Source: a virus
Virus record (IMG/VR): IMGVR_UViG_3300050821_013777
Coordinates: 57,544-121,543 of that record
Strand: one strand, 5' to 3'
DNA length: 64,000 nt
A program made the position numbers and the translations under genes. The notes beneath the pieces are model-generated. The model did not search any database, was not told where the DNA came from, and saw only the letters and a program-made list of their open reading frames with translations. Positions within the stretch are counted from its first letter, which is position 1. Each line of letters begins with the position of its first letter. Shown one piece after another: positions 9,131-20,580 of the stretch.

Positions 9131-12100
9131 TTATCGAATACGAAGACGAGCGGTGAACCTCGCCGTGGCTCCGCCACCGGAAGCCAGGCTGCTGATCTGA
9201 ATTCCGACGTTCTGCCCCTGGTTCACGACGAGTGGAGCGGTGTTGTGGAACGACCCTGTACTCGCGATCCCTGATACCGCTCCGGCGCTCTGCCCCACGC
9301 CATTTACACTGATCGCCGCAGACAAGGGCGTGGTGCCTGCGTAGCTCAAAACGTTGATCCACAGCTCCATTCCAGTCGTGCTGAATGGGCATTCCCACTC
9401 CCACGCGAATCCGGACGAGACCACCGCTGCGTCTGACGTCGGAAGTAGATTGAACGAGCTGTTCGGCGGAATCGCAGCGGACCCGGATGTTCCACCGAAC
9501 GACAAGTTCAACTCGAAGAAGTCGTCCTCGGTTCCGACGTTCGGACCAGCGAGCAGCACGCGGGTGAGCCCTGCGCTATTCGAGGCGCTGAGCGCGATGC
9601 CGATTTTCAACGCCACGCCGGACGTCGGGCGATCAGCTTGTGCGAATCCTGACCGTGTCTGCGAGAGGTAAAGCGGCTGCCCTGCCGCAGCCGCGCCGTG
9701 CCCGCCGGTGAGATCGATGAGGCAGAAGGCCGCCTGCCCATATGCCGCGTGCATCGGCGCTATCTGACCGCCCTGAAGCTGCCCGACCAGCGCGCCAAGA
9801 TACAGTTTCGCGTTGGCTGGCGAGTTGGCTATGGCGGATACAAGTCCGTTCTGTCCTCCGTTCATCGAAACGAGCGAAAATCGCGGAAGAGTGAATCCCA
9901 ACGCGGACGCGTACGCGAGCGGATACTTACCGAAAAAGCTGGGCGTCTGAATACTCGCGACGAAACGGTCAGGCAACAGGCAGTTCTCGAACTCGTCCTC
10001 GATCCCTACTGGCCCAAGAGGAGTGGCCACGTCTGGGTACAACAGATCAGGGAAACTTTCCGCCGTATATTGCACAGCGTCGGCAAACAACACCAACGCA
10101 GTAATGAATGAATACAGACCGATGTTGCCACCCTGAACGTTCAGCACAACCTTCGAACGCATCACCATGTTCGACGTGAGATCGAACTGCTGGAATCCGA
10201 TGCTGACGCTATTGCCGTGACCGCTGATGTCGCTGATGACGGCATTCGATCCGTATCCGATCAGTTGCACCCCCGCCAGAAATGGCGGTGCCCCTCCACC
10301 AGCACCACCGGTCGCACCCGAAAAATCGGCTCCCCTGATAAACACGCTGGAACTCTTGACGTCCAGCGCGTCGATATTGGCACCTATCACAGGCGTTCCG
10401 AGAACACGGGGTCCGCGCATGAACGAAGGGCTGGAAGCGGTGATCGCGAACGCTGCATCCTGCGCGTCGAATCCGCCGTGCCCACCGCAATCGGTGAGAA
10501 CGATCCCGCTTCCGTAGTAACCGTCGGTGATGGAGCCTCGACCAGTCGTGATCGAAACACCGAACGAGGTCACGTTGCCCGGCGGCGTGTGGTACAGCCG
10601 ATTGAGATTGACGTTTCCGCTGAGTTGCGGCGTTGTGCCCACTGCGCGCAGACCGGTACCGACAAAACGACTCAGCCCAAGCTCGTCCGTATAGGTGCTT
10701 GTGACAGTGATAGACGACGTGGACGACAGCGTTCCTGTGTTGGATGTCTGCTCGCACGCCGCAAACTTGTCGGTACTGCCGCTCGACAAGATCTGTCCCG
10801 CTGAAATTCCAACGAACTGCACCCCGATGCCGGAGGCCCCGTACAATCCGGTTGAGATGGACCCGACGATGACCGCCGGTTCTTGAAATCGCCCGAAATC
10901 TCCTGCGGCGATGGCGCCGGGATCGGCCCCGAAAATGATGTGCTGCGTGTCGTATGCGATGATCGGGAAAGAGGCGTTTCGCAGCGCTGGCGTGGGGGAC
11001 GCAGCGTCGAACATGAAGCGCTTGCCGATCAGCGTCGGGAATCCGGGTGGCCCGTGCAGAGCCACAGGATTCCCGCTGTTGTCAGTCAGCGACCAACGAA
11101 TGAACGTGCCGGCGCCCGACCACGTGTCTCCGCCTGGAGGCCCTTCGGAGCCGTCCAACGTGAACGTGAAGGCGTCGAACACGGTCACGGTCCAGAATCC
11201 GTTGGCTGCGCCGTTCGCAAGGCGCGTCCCGTTCGTGAATCCGCGGCCTGCCACCATGTCGCCGGTGCTCAGTCCGTGCGGCGATCCGAAAAATACCTCG
11301 ATGGGTGCGCCTGCCGGGAACGCCACGCTCGCCGGTGTGAGCATGTTCGTCTGGACCGTGTATCCAAGCGTGGCCGTGTTCGCGACGGTCGTCTCGCCGA
11401 GCTGCACGAGATCCGCTGCAGAGTTCGTGAAGTCCGACCCGCGGAACAACATCGACTGGTAGCCGCTGTAACCAACGACGCTGAGATTGTCGGGCAGTAG
11501 CGTGAACGGCGCGAAGTAGCTGCCCGGTTTCATCAGACAGACGAAGATGCAGTTGTTTCCGATCCGCGGCATCGCGGCCAACAAACCCGTGATGGTTTGG
11601 AACGGCGACGCTGTGGCCGCGGTTGGAGAGCCAGCGGCGAACACGGCCGTTGCGTCGTTGCCTCCTACCGGATCGGTGGCGGCGTAGACGATGCTGCCTT
11701 CGACAGCGAATGCCGGTGGGAGGAATCCTCCGTTGCCACCCTGGAACCCTTGCGGACCGAGGCCACCCTGCGCTCCCTGCGTGCCTGCACCGGTCGCGCC
11801 CTGGAACCCTTGACTGCCCGTCGCTCCCGGAGCACCCGTGGCACCAGTCGCGCCAGTCGCACCTGTTGCGCCCGTTGCGCCTGCTGCACCGGTTGCACCG
11901 GTCGCCCCTGGAGCCCCGGTTGCGCCTGTTGCACCTGCCGGCCCCGCAGGTCCCGCCGGTCCCTGGATGCCGCCGTGTGTGTGATCGGCACGCGCGGCCG
12001 AGGTCGATGTGCCGGCGCTGGACGTACCGGCGACGTTCGGCGGCGGCGCGGGCGGCGTTCCCGCAAGGACGATGTCCTCGTCGAACGTCGGCGGCAGCGC

Positions 12101-15100
12101 GAACTCCATCCCACCGTCGAACAGAACAGTACCCTCGATCTTGCTGTTGGGCGTGGAGAGAAGGAATGACGATCCAGCAATCTGCACGTCGCCAACCAGC
12201 TCGGTGGTTCCCGGTACCGTCAGATTCGGAAGAACAACCGTACCCGCGGCCTGAAGACCCGCTTGTGGTCCTGTTGGTGACGTCCAGCTCAGACCGGCGA
12301 CGGCTGACGCCATCGATTGAATGCCCGAGCCGCCACCGCCGCCTGCAGCACCCTGCGCGCCCTGGAACCCTTGCGTTCCACCCGGACCACCCTGCGGTCC
12401 CTGAAATCCTTGAGAGCCGCCCGGTGCACCCTGCGCTCCTTGAAGACCAAACCCTTGCGCACCTTGAAGACCGATGAATCCCTGAAATCCTTGGAACCCA
12501 CGCGCACCCTGCGGCCCCGTCGCACCGATCGCACCCTGCGATCCCGTCGCGCCCGCCGGCCCCGTTGCTCCTGTCGCGCCGGTGGCTCCAGTCGCTCCGG
12601 TCGCTCCGCTCGCACCGGTCGCCCCTGTCGCTCCTGGTGCTCCCGTTGCTCCTGCAGCTCCCGGCGTTCCCGTCGCGCCCTGCGATCCGGTCGCACCGGT
12701 CGTGCCCTGGAACCCTTGAGCGCCGAGTCCCCCCTGGAACCCCTGCGCTCCGATCGATCCCTGGAACCCCTGAGCGCCCTGCACACCTGCACCGGTGCGC
12801 CCCTGGAACCCCTGCGCTCCCTGGAAGCCCGCACCTTGTGCACCCTGAAATCCCTGAACGCCGGTGGCACCCTGTGCTCCCTGAAAGCCGGCGCCTTGCG
12901 TTCCCTGCGCGCCCTGAAACCCTTGGAGACCTGTTGCTCCCTGCGCTCCTTGGAAGCCCGCACCTTGGAACCCCTGCGCTCCCTGCAAACCCGTTGCACC
13001 CTGGAACCCCTGCGAACCGCCTGGCGACCCCTGCGGCCCTTGAAACCCCTGGCTGCCACCCGGTGCTCCCTGCGCTCCTTGGAAGCCGCTCCCCTGAAAC
13101 CCTTGTGATCCCTGCGCTCCCTGGAAGCCTGCCCCTTGGATGCCGATCGCTCCCTGCGCTCCCTGCACGCCAGTCGCTCCCTGCGCTCCCTGCGCACCAG
13201 ATCCCTGAGCCCCTTGTGCACCGAGCCCACCTTGGAACCCCTGCGCACCGGTGACGCCGGTTGCACCCTGGAAGCCAGCTCCCTGGAACCCCTGAGCGCC
13301 CTGCGCGCCCTGGAACCCCTGCGCGCCGGTAGCGCCCTGGCTGCCGGTCACACCCTGTGCGCCGGTGAGCCCCTGCGCGCCCTGTGCGCCGGTGGCCCCT
13401 GTCGCTCCGGTTCCACCGGTGGCCCCTGTCGCTCCCGTCGCGCCAGTCGCACCTGTTGCTCCTTGCGCACCGCCGATGCCGGTGTTGCCCTGTGCGCCTT
13501 GCGCACCCGTCGATCCAGCCGCACCGATCGATCCCTGTGCACCCTGCGATCCGGTCGACCCTTGAAAGCCCTGCGCGCCCGATCCAGTTGCACCCTGCGA
13601 CCCCTGTGATCCGGTCGACCCCTGGAACCCCTGCGATCCGCCCGGCGATCCTTGTGGTCCCTGAAAACCTTGGCTGCCGCCGGGTGCGCCCTGCGCGCCC
13701 TGAAAGCCGCTCCCCTGAAACCCTTGCGTTCCGGTGTTGCCCTGGAACCCCTGCGCTCCGGTGACGCCGAGCCCGCCCTGGAACCCCTGCGCGCCAGTTG
13801 CACCAGTCACACCCTGCGCGCCTTGCGATCCCGTCGGTCCGGTTCCACCTGTTGCGCCCGTCGCACCAGTTGCGCCAGTCGCACCCGTCGCTCCCGGAGC
13901 GCCCGTCGCGCCTGTTGCTCCCGTCGCACCAGCAGCGCCAGCAGCACCGATGGCACCCTGTGCGCCCGTCGGTCCTTGCGTTCCCGCGCTGCCGTTCGTG
14001 CCCGCACGACCCTGAAAACCTTGTGGTCCGATCAGACCGTTCGCACCCTGGAATCCTTGCGATCCGCCGGGTGATCCTTGTGGTCCTTGGAACCCCTGCG
14101 ATCCGCCGGGTGCGCCCTGCGATCCTTGTGCACCGAATCCCTGCGCTCCCTGGAGGCCCGTCGCGCCCTGCGATCCCTGCGTACCAGTCGCGCCCTGCGC
14201 TCCCTGAGATCCGTTCGTCCCGCTCGTACCGGTTGCACCCTGTGCACCGGCCGGCCCGCTCGCTCCTGTTGCACCGGTCGCGCCGGTAGCGCCCGTCGCA
14301 CCAGCAGCTCCGGGAGCACCGGTCGCTCCGGTCGCGCCGGGCACACCAGTAGCTCCGGTCGCACCCTGCAACCCGGACCCCTGAAATCCTTGCGCGCCGA
14401 GCCCACCCTGAAATCCCTGAACGCCGGTGGCACCCTGTGCTCCCTGAAAGCCGGCGCCTTGCGTTCCCTGCGCGCCAGTCGCGCCTTGGAACCCTTGACT
14501 GCCGCCGGGTGCGCCCTGCGGCCCCTGAAATCCCTGTGAGCCACCCGGCGCCCCTTGGGCTCCTTGCGCTCCTGAGCCCTGAAATCCCTGCGGCCCTGCG
14601 ACACCCTGTGGTCCAGGACCGCCCTGCGCACCCGCTTGACCTGTAGACCCTGCTGATCCTTGCGGACCCGCACCGCCCGTGGCGCCAGTGGCCCCTGTCG
14701 CTCCCGTCGCGCCAGTCGCACCTGTTGCTCCTGTCGCTCCCGTCGCGCCAGTCGCTCCCTGTGCACCCTGTGCACCACCAGCCGGACCTTGTGCGCCAGT
14801 GCCGCCTGAAGCGAACACGACAACACACGAGAAATCACGCCTGTAGTTGGTGGCGTTGAGAATCGTGCCGATGCTCGGACTTCCGGGCGGCCCCGGCGGC
14901 TCGACGTTCGTCGCGCGGCCAGCCATCGTCGCCGAGATCCACAGTGTCTGCCCCGCCAGCGGCGTCAGTCCTGGCTCCAGCAGCACCTTCGGTGGCGTCC
15001 CCACGTTCCACACAACCACCTGACCGCCGGGGTTGCACTTCCCCGAGAACACGACGCCGATATAACCGAGGAGGTTCGCGTCAGAGTCTGCCTGTGCGCG

Positions 15101-15205
15101 CATCAGCGTGTTCACCGCCGAGATGCGAACCAGCTCCCCCTGCAGAAGCGGCGTGCCTGTCCCGTTGATCAGCGGGCTTGCGGTAACTACTCCAGAAGAC
15201 GCCAT
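9131..15205 (-). CDS. giant collagen-like fibre protein (about 2,020 aa)
   Basis: AGGAG RBS before ATG 15205; roughly 800 residues of Gly-X-Y, a second short collagen block and a beta-rich C-terminal region. Confidence 0.85.
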   Translation of the reverse strand: MASSGVVTASPLINGTGTPLLQGELVRISAVNTLMRAQADSDANLLGYIGVVFSGKCNPGGQVVVWNVGTPPKVLLEPGLTPLAGQTLWISATMAGRATNVEPPGPPGSPSIGTILNATNYRRDFSCVVVFASGGTGAQGPAGGAQGAQGATGATGATGATGATGATGATGATGATGGAGPQGSAGSTGQAGAQGGPGPQGVAGPQGFQGSGAQGAQGAPGGSQGFQGPQGAPGGSQGFQGATGAQGTQGAGFQGAQGATGVQGFQGGLGAQGFQGSGLQGATGATGVPGATGATGAPGAAGATGATGATGATGASGPAGAQGATGTSGTNGSQGAQGATGTQGSQGATGLQGAQGFGAQGSQGAPGGSQGFQGPQGSPGGSQGFQGANGLIGPQGFQGRAGTNGSAGTQGPTGAQGAIGAAGAAGATGATGATGAPGATGATGATGATGATGGTGPTGSQGAQGVTGATGAQGFQGGLGVTGAQGFQGNTGTQGFQGSGFQGAQGAPGGSQGFQGPQGSPGGSQGFQGSTGSQGSQGATGSGAQGFQGSTGSQGAQGSIGAAGSTGAQGAQGNTGIGGAQGATGATGATGATGATGGTGATGATGAQGAQGLTGAQGVTGSQGATGAQGFQGAQGAQGFQGAGFQGATGVTGAQGFQGGLGAQGAQGSGAQGAQGATGVQGAQGAIGIQGAGFQGAQGSQGFQGSGFQGAQGAPGGSQGFQGPQGSPGGSQGFQGATGLQGAQGFQGAGFQGAQGATGLQGFQGAQGTQGAGFQGAQGATGVQGFQGAQGAGFQGAQGFQGRTGAGVQGAQGFQGSIGAQGFQGGLGAQGFQGTTGATGSQGATGTPGAAGATGAPGATGATGASGATGATGATGATGATGPAGATGSQGAIGATGPQGARGFQGFQGFIGLQGAQGFGLQGAQGAPGGSQGFQGPQGGPGGTQGFQGAQGAAGGGGGSGIQSMASAVAGLSWTSPTGPQAGLQAAGTVVLPNLTVPGTTELVGDVQIAGSSFLLSTPNSKIEGTVLFDGGMEFALPPTFDEDIVLAGTPPAPPPNVAGTSSAGTSTSAARADHTHGGIQGPAGPAGPAGATGATGAPGATGATGAAGATGATGATGATGATGAPGATGSQGFQGATGAGTQGAQGGLGPQGFQGGNGGFLPPAFAVEGSIVYAATDPVGGNDATAVFAAGSPTAATASPFQTITGLLAAMPRIGNNCIFVCLMKPGSYFAPFTLLPDNLSVVGYSGYQSMLFRGSDFTNSAADLVQLGETTVANTATLGYTVQTNMLTPASVAFPAGAPIEVFFGSPHGLSTGDMVAGRGFTNGTRLANGAANGFWTVTVFDAFTFTLDGSEGPPGGDTWSGAGTFIRWSLTDNSGNPVALHGPPGFPTLIGKRFMFDAASPTPALRNASFPIIAYDTQHIIFGADPGAIAAGDFGRFQEPAVIVGSISTGLYGASGIGVQFVGISAGQILSSGSTDKFAACEQTSNTGTLSSTSSITVTSTYTDELGLSRFVGTGLRAVGTTPQLSGNVNLNRLYHTPPGNVTSFGVSITTGRGSITDGYYGSGIVLTDCGGHGGFDAQDAAFAITASSPSFMRGPRVLGTPVIGANIDALDVKSSSVFIRGADFSGATGGAGGGAPPFLAGVQLIGYGSNAVISDISGHGNSVSIGFQQFDLTSNMVMRSKVVLNVQGGNIGLYSFITALVLFADAVQYTAESFPDLLYPDVATPLGPVGIEDEFENCLLPDRFVASIQTPSFFGKYPLAYASALGFTLPRFSLVSMNGGQNGLVSAIANSPANAKLYLGALVGQLQGGQIAPMHAAYGQAAFCLIDLTGGHGAAAAGQPLYLSQTRSGFAQADRPTSGVALKIGIALSASNSAGLTRVLLAGPNVGTEDDFFELNLSFGGTSGSAAIPPNSSFNLLPTSDAAVVSSGFAWEWECPFSTTGMELWINVLSYAGTTPLSAAISVNGVGQSAGAVSGIASTGSFHNTAPLVVNQGQNVGIQISSLASGGGATARFTARLRIR
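12340..14800 (-). repeat. collagen Gly-X-Y coding repeats ([12 protein letters not shown])
   Basis: 9-nt periodicity with recurring higher-order blocks such as [24 protein letters not shown]. Confidence 0.9.
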
Positions 15206-15226
15206 GCACACTCCTTGAAAAACGGC

Positions 15227-15282
15227 AAACGGGCGTCCGCCTGAGAAGAAAGCATCTTCTTCTCAGATGGACGCCCGTTTTT
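15227..15282. terminator. long hairpin upstream of the giant fibre gene RBS
   Basis: AAACGGGCGTCCGCCTGAGAAGAA-AGCATC-TTCTTCTCAGATGGACGCCCGTTT, a 24-bp stem with 2 non-Watson-Crick positions and T/A runs on both sides. Confidence 0.6.
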
Positions 15283-15375
15283 CGAGTCGCCACAGGGGGG
15301 TGGGCCTCGAAAAGAGGCCCTATGTAGTCGACATGATCGCGGACTACTGTGTGCCTGTCAAACCGGCGAGAGCAC

Positions 15376-16683
15376 TTACCAGGGGCGCGTCATGAGACGC
15401 TCGTACGACGGCATGGAGCGGAATCGATCGTCTTCAGCACGCTCCAGTGCTCGTGCGGCGACGTCGTGTGATGCCCACCAGGACGACGCGAAGTTGTAGA
15501 CGCACAACACCTTGTCGATGGCGGCGTAGCGCTCGCCGGCCATCTCCAGAAGCGGGTACATCACGGCGTGGTCGATGGCGAGGTCGCACCAGAAGCCGTC
15601 GGGCTTGAGAAGATCGACCGGTTTGATCTTCTTCACGAGCCCGGCACGAAACGTCTTGAGGTGCGTGGCGCGCCAGTCGATCTTGCGAACGTTCCCGCCG
15701 GCAGGGTAACGGTGAGCGAAGCCGAGCGTGCCGTCCGGCATCATGAACTGCCCATAGGTCAGCCACACGTCCGGATCGGCATACGTCTCGGCAAGCACCT
15801 CCAGAACCCGGTCGTGCGCCAGCCAGTCGTCGCCATCGAGCCACACCACGATCTCGTCGTCCTGTAGCGCATTCCACGTCTCGACAGCGTTCTGCAGCGC
15901 TGCCTTGCGCACGTTGTTGGTGATCAGCTTCGTCTGGTGCGTGCTCCCGCGACCGACCTGTTTGGCGGCGGTCTTGAACGTGTGATCGTCACTCTTCGCG
16001 TCGATGAAGACGTGCGTCCAGTCCTCGAACGTCTGCCGCTGCACGCTCTCAATGCATCGAGCGACGTACGCCTCCTTGTTCAGCGCCGTCGAGACGACTG
16101 TGATGTGCAGCTTCGTCTTGGGCACGAGCACGAAGAAATTCTGTCGCCCGAGCACGTGCTGCGCGTTCGTTTCGAGCATCCGGTTCCGGAGCTTCATCGT
16201 CTTCGTCTGTGCAGGCACCCACCCGTGTGCTGCGAACTTTTCGAGCCAGTAGGCCGGCGGCTGGAGGTTCACGTGTCCCTCCCACTCCTGTCCTGGCGCA
16301 GCAGCGGACCAGACGATGAAGTTGCGCGCGAGCCCTGCAACATTGGCCACGATCGTGTCGGCGTGTTCAGCAGGAATGTGCTCGGCGGTCTCAGTACAGA
16401 TCACAGTGTCGCGCTTCGCGCCCACTGTCAGCTTGGTCAGGTCGTACGCATCGACCGTGATGCTGGACTCGCGCATCTCCAGAGCAGCCGGTGCATCGTC
16501 CAGACCAGTAATGCCCCATCCCAGTTCCTGCAGCCGTTTCGTCTGCAGCCCGATCCCGCAACCGATATCGACAGCTGTCGCCTGAACTCCTACCACCTCG
16601 TGCATACAGTCGGCGAGCCGTCGGTACGGATCGCGGCACGTGCGCATGAAGTCGAAGAACGCCTCGTCATGGATGTTGGCCAT
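15376..16683 (-). CDS. class I SAM methyltransferase fused to GT2 glycosyltransferase
   Basis: VDIGCGIG, CTETAEHIP, GHVNLQ; then RCIESVQRQT, IDAKSDD, WLDGDDWL. Start reassigned to MANIHDE. Confidence 0.85.
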   Translation of the reverse strand: MANIHDEAFFDFMRTCRDPYRRLADCMHEVVGVQATAVDIGCGIGLQTKRLQELGWGITGLDDAPAALEMRESSITVDAYDLTKLTVGAKRDTVICTETAEHIPAEHADTIVANVAGLARNFIVWSAAAPGQEWEGHVNLQPPAYWLEKFAAHGWVPAQTKTMKLRNRMLETNAQHVLGRQNFFVLVPKTKLHITVVSTALNKEAYVARCIESVQRQTFEDWTHVFIDAKSDDHTFKTAAKQVGRGSTHQTKLITNNVRKAALQNAVETWNALQDDEIVVWLDGDDWLAHDRVLEVLAETYADPDVWLTYGQFMMPDGTLGFAHRYPAGGNVRKIDWRATHLKTFRAGLVKKIKPVDLLKPDGFWCDLAIDHAVMYPLLEMAGERYAAIDKVLCVYNFASSWWASHDVAARALERAEDDRFRSMPSYERLMTRPW

Positions 16684-16757
16684 GCGCGATGATCCAGGGT
16701 GTGCCGCCGCGAAGTCAAGCACTATGCCAGACTCCCAACCCATGCTAGGTTCCCAGC

Positions 16758-18770
16758 ATGCTCTATTTCTACACCGCGGTGTACGGCGACCACATCGCGC
16801 TGCCTGAGTTCGAGACGAAAGGCTTCGAGTTCCGCTGCTACACCGACCGGAAGATCGAGTCGAAGACGTGGAAGATCATCTATGAGACGGCTCAGCACGA
16901 ACATCCACGCATGGCCGCGAAGTGGCGGAAGCTCCACCCAGCCACGCCGCACTCTAGAGACATCTCGATCTGGATCGACGCGTCCATCACCGTCACCGAC
17001 GTCCACGAGATGGTGCGTGTCTGTAAGGCCGCGCTCAAAGGTCACGACGTTGCGCTCTTCAAGCACCCCGAACGCACGAACATCTTCGACGAGGCCGTCG
17101 CGTCGATCAAGATGCCGAACAAGTACAGCGGGCTGCCGCTGATCGCGCAGGTCGAATCCTACCGCGAGGCCGGACTGCTTCAGGATTCGGGACTGTGGGC
17201 CGGCGGCGTGATCGCGCGACAGCACGGTCCGAAGTACGTCAACTTCGAGAACGACTGGTGGGCGGAGTGCAAGAAGTGGTCATACCAGGACCAGCTCAGC
17301 CTCCCCTACGTGCTGTGGAAGCACAACGTCCATCCCGGCGTGATCCCTGGCAGCGTCTACAAAACGGCCTTCCACACATGGTCGCCGACCGCCGATCCGG
17401 TGAGTCCGGCGACGACGCCGACCATCACGCTCGGGAGAACATTCGCCGCCGCCGCCGCGCACATCTCAGCCTCCTCACCACTCCTCTCCGTCATCACGCC
17501 CACGCACAACGTGAAGTGGATCGCCGACTGCTGGACGTCTCTCATGCGGCAGACGTACGCGAACTTCGAGTGGGTGGTGTCGGTCAACGACAAGAGCGGC
17601 AAGCGCCAACAGGTACAAGCGCTCGCGCTCGCTGTACGTGCGATCGTCGGTGATGATCCCCGCGTCAAGGTCATCCCCGACTACGCGCCGTTCTCGCACG
17701 TCGGGCAGCGCAAGGCGTTCGCGTTCGGTGCGGCGTCGGGTGAGGCGGTCATCGAGTACGACCACGACGACCTCCTGACACCCGATGCGTTGGAGGAGAT
17801 CGCGAAGGCGTTCGCCGATCCGGCTGTCGGCTTCGTCTACTCAGACTTCGCCGACTTTCACGACGGTGCGGTCGATCCGAACGGGAAGCCGCTACTCCAG
17901 GGCAATCTCACCTACCGCCACCCCGAGGTCCGCCCCGGCTGGATCACAACCGGCTTCAAGTTCTACGACGCCAACGTTCTCTCGCCCGTTCGACCCGGCA
18001 AGTACGAGTGTGTCGACTCGCCCGACGCCACGGCACTCAAGGTCTCGCACATCTACACAGCACCGAACCACGTGCGCGCATGGCGCCGGAGCGTCTACGA
18101 AGCGGTCGGCGGCCACGATCCGAGTTTTCCGATCGCCGACGATCACGAGCTGATCTGCCGCACGTACCTGGCGACGAGGTTCCACCACATCAGGAGGCCG
18201 CTCTACCTCTACCGAATCAGCGGCGAAAATACGTGGGCGCAGAACGTAGGCGCGATCAAGGAGACGAGCGACCGCATCCAGAATGACTATCTGGAGCGCC
18301 TGGTGCTGCGCGAGTGCGAGCTGCTCGGCGTGGACGCGATCGAGCTTGGTGGAGGCATCGACCCGCGTACAGGGTGGAAGGCGTGCGACCTCGAAGGCGC
18401 GCCGATCACGGCTGACTTGCGCGAGCGCTGGCCATTCGACGACGGTTCAGTCGGAGCGTTCCGTGCGAGCGATCTTCTCGAACACTTGCCCGACAAGCTG
18501 CACACGATGAGCGAGATCCATCGCTGCCTACGGCCGGGCGGATGGCTGATATCCATGACGCCTAGCGCGGAGGGGGTCGGCGCACACATGGATCCTACTC
18601 ACTGCAGTTATTGGGTGCCCCAGAGCTTCTGGTACTACACACGAGACGCCTCCGCGCGGTACATTCGCAACACCACGATGCGCTTCGCCGAAGTCCACCT
18701 CGACACCGTGCCGATCATGATCCAGGGCGTCACGGTCCCCTACGTGCGCGCGGATCTGGTGAAGCTGTGA
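16758..18770 (+). CDS. three-domain glycosyltransferase (DUF616-like GT-A + GT2 + methyltransferase)
   Basis: YTAVYG, SIWIDAS, FKHPER, DQLSLPY; SVITPTHN, YDHDDLL, ADDHEL; IELGGG, DLLEHL, DPTH. Confidence 0.85.
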   Translation: MLYFYTAVYGDHIALPEFETKGFEFRCYTDRKIESKTWKIIYETAQHEHPRMAAKWRKLHPATPHSRDISIWIDASITVTDVHEMVRVCKAALKGHDVALFKHPERTNIFDEAVASIKMPNKYSGLPLIAQVESYREAGLLQDSGLWAGGVIARQHGPKYVNFENDWWAECKKWSYQDQLSLPYVLWKHNVHPGVIPGSVYKTAFHTWSPTADPVSPATTPTITLGRTFAAAAAHISASSPLLSVITPTHNVKWIADCWTSLMRQTYANFEWVVSVNDKSGKRQQVQALALAVRAIVGDDPRVKVIPDYAPFSHVGQRKAFAFGAASGEAVIEYDHDDLLTPDALEEIAKAFADPAVGFVYSDFADFHDGAVDPNGKPLLQGNLTYRHPEVRPGWITTGFKFYDANVLSPVRPGKYECVDSPDATALKVSHIYTAPNHVRAWRRSVYEAVGGHDPSFPIADDHELICRTYLATRFHHIRRPLYLYRISGENTWAQNVGAIKETSDRIQNDYLERLVLRECELLGVDAIELGGGIDPRTGWKACDLEGAPITADLRERWPFDDGSVGAFRASDLLEHLPDKLHTMSEIHRCLRPGGWLISMTPSAEGVGAHMDPTHCSYWVPQSFWYYTRDASARYIRNTTMRFAEVHLDTVPIMIQGVTVPYVRADLVKL

Positions 18771-19339
18771 GCGCGACGTTCAACCGGCAGCCTGAAGTCG
18801 TGATCGTGGACGACTTTCTCCCCGATCCGGAGCCGGCCCGAAAGCTCGCTCTCACGCTGACGTATGAGAAGATGGGCTCGGCCGGTAAGCGCTCCACCGA
18901 GACGTTCCGCCATCTCATCACTCCGGCTGTCTTCGAAGATCTCCTCCACCGCAAGCTCACGAAGCCGTGGGACCACTATCCCATCAACGGGCGCTTCCAG
19001 TTCTGCACCGCCGAAGACCCGCTCGTCTACCACGCCGACGAACAGTCTCACGCCGGCATCATCTTTCTCACGCCAGACGCACCGATCGAGTCGGGGCTCT
19101 CACTCGTTCGCAGTCGCGTGACCAGCGCGCGGGATTCAGCGAAGGACGTCAACACCGGCGCGACCTACAGCAACAACCTGCTCGACGGAACGAAGTGGGA
19201 GACGGTCGACAAGATCGGCAACATCTACAACCGCCTCGTACTCTGGAACGGCCGGCTCAACCACGCTCCGAGCTGCTACTTCGGCACGGAGTTATCGAAC
19301 GCGCGGCTGTTCTGGATGTTCTTCTTCGACGCCGCGTAG
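18767..19339 (+). CDS. 2OG-Fe(II) oxygenase-like protein (DUF6445-like)
   Basis: VIVDDFLPDP, YHAD, AGIIFLTPDAP..SG, YNRLVLW...H, ARLFWMFFF; GTGA coupling. Confidence 0.7.
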   Translation: MSATFNRQPEVVIVDDFLPDPEPARKLALTLTYEKMGSAGKRSTETFRHLITPAVFEDLLHRKLTKPWDHYPINGRFQFCTAEDPLVYHADEQSHAGIIFLTPDAPIESGLSLVRSRVTSARDSAKDVNTGATYSNNLLDGTKWETVDKIGNIYNRLVLWNGRLNHAPSCYFGTELSNARLFWMFFFDAA

Positions 19340-19909
19340 GCGTAAACGGCCGAGCGCGAAGCAGCGCTTGTTCCCGTACAGCTCGTCATTGAGCAAGTTG
19401 CTGGTGTCGAAGGCAGCACGGCGCACGTCCGGATGCGCAAAGTCATCCCCCACGATCTGCGCGCTCGGCCACAGGAATGCTGACAGTAGGATGTCCCGCA
19501 CCACCGTATCGTAGTCGTGCGCGCCATCCACATAGACGAGCGTCGGTTGAATGCCTTTCTGATATAGCGCCAACAGCCCAACACGCGAGTCGGCTTTCAC
19601 TGGCGTGATGCGCTCACGGCTGTTCCAGCAGTTGACGACGAAAGTCTCCCACAGCGTCGGTAGCTTTGCGGCTAGCGCAGGATCGGTTCGATGCTCCCAG
19701 CTTCCCTGGAAGTGATCGATCGTGTACACGTGTCCCGTCTCGCCGACCTGCTCCGCCAGCCACAACGTGGACTCTCCGACCCACGCGCCGATCTCGACGA
19801 CGACGTCACCAGAGCCGACGAAACAAGACAAGAACGCGCGGTTGCGATCGTCGAACCATCCCTCGCGCCGTGGGAGGACATCTGGGCGTTGCTCGGGCCA
19901 GCCGATCAC
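19292..19909 (-). CDS. class I SAM methyltransferase (Methyltransf_24-like)
   Basis: VEIGAWVGEST, YTIDHF.GS, YVDGAHDY, VGDDF. Confidence 0.82.
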   Translation of the reverse strand: MIGWPEQRPDVLPRREGWFDDRNRAFLSCFVGSGDVVVEIGAWVGESTLWLAEQVGETGHVYTIDHFQGSWEHRTDPALAAKLPTLWETFVVNCWNSRERITPVKADSRVGLLALYQKGIQPTLVYVDGAHDYDTVVRDILLSAFLWPSAQIVGDDFAHPDVRRAAFDTSNLLNDELYGNKRCFALGRLRLRGVEEEHPEQPRVR

Positions 19910-20580
19910 GCGAAGAACTCCGACGGGCAGCGCCGCAGGCCGTTCGCATCGAACTCGCGTCCGACGAAGTTCTTGGTCACGCGCATGCCTTGAAGGGGGC
20001 CGTTCCCGACCATCGACGTTGACCCTACATGCTGTACGAGTCCCGGATTCACGATGCCGTACCGCCAGCGCCGTGTGATTGCCGCGTGGTGGAGCGCCTC
20101 ATCGAATCCGCCTGGTGCGATCGACATCGCCTCCTCCTTGCACGCCGCCAGCTCACGCACGGACTGTCGCGAGAACTTGAGCGCCTGCGCCATCACGTAG
20201 CTGTGCGCGTGGTGGCGCCACAGGCCAATTGGCCATGTGCGGTCGATCCACGGAGAGAAGAACGTCACGAAGGCGAGATCGTCCGGCACAACGAAATCTT
20301 CGATGAAGCTCGGCGCGTTCTTGCTGAATTCGAGATCGTCTTCGAAGAAGCACAGGTCTTCGCCCACTCTGTCGGCGATCTTGAACGCCTCCCACGCTGT
20401 CCATTTGTTCTGTGGCGGTACGCACGGCCGCGGGTGGTACATGGCGGTCCAGCCCGCTGGCGGAAGCACGTCGACACCATCGACAAGCAGCACTCTTCGC
20501 CCGGTGGCACTCTCGTCGATCTGCCGAAGCGTGGACTCCGCGTAGGATGGCTCGCGCGCGCACGTCAGAACGACTATCAC
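19906..20580 (-). CDS. GT-A fold glycosyltransferase-like protein
   Basis: CFFEDD and PGLVQHVG..S motifs. Confidence 0.6.
   Translation of the reverse strand: MIVVLTCAREPSYAESTLRQIDESATGRRVLLVDGVDVLPPAGWTAMYHPRPCVPPQNKWTAWEAFKIADRVGEDLCFFEDDLEFSKNAPSFIEDFVVPDDLAFVTFFSPWIDRTWPIGLWRHHAHSYVMAQALKFSRQSVRELAACKEEAMSIAPGGFDEALHHAAITRRWRYGIVNPGLVQHVGSTSMVGNGPLQGMRVTKNFVGREFDANGLRRCPSEFFA

Noticed and set aside
12340-14800. Duplicated blocks as DGR template/variable repeats or as a second CRISPR
   Set aside because: They are in-frame collagen duplications; no reverse transcriptase and no unique spacers.
11082-14838. Long alternative-frame and antisense ORFs (e.g. 1248 aa) over the collagen gene
   Set aside because: Shadow ORFs caused by GC-rich 9-nt repeats; the same applies around 21065-22009.
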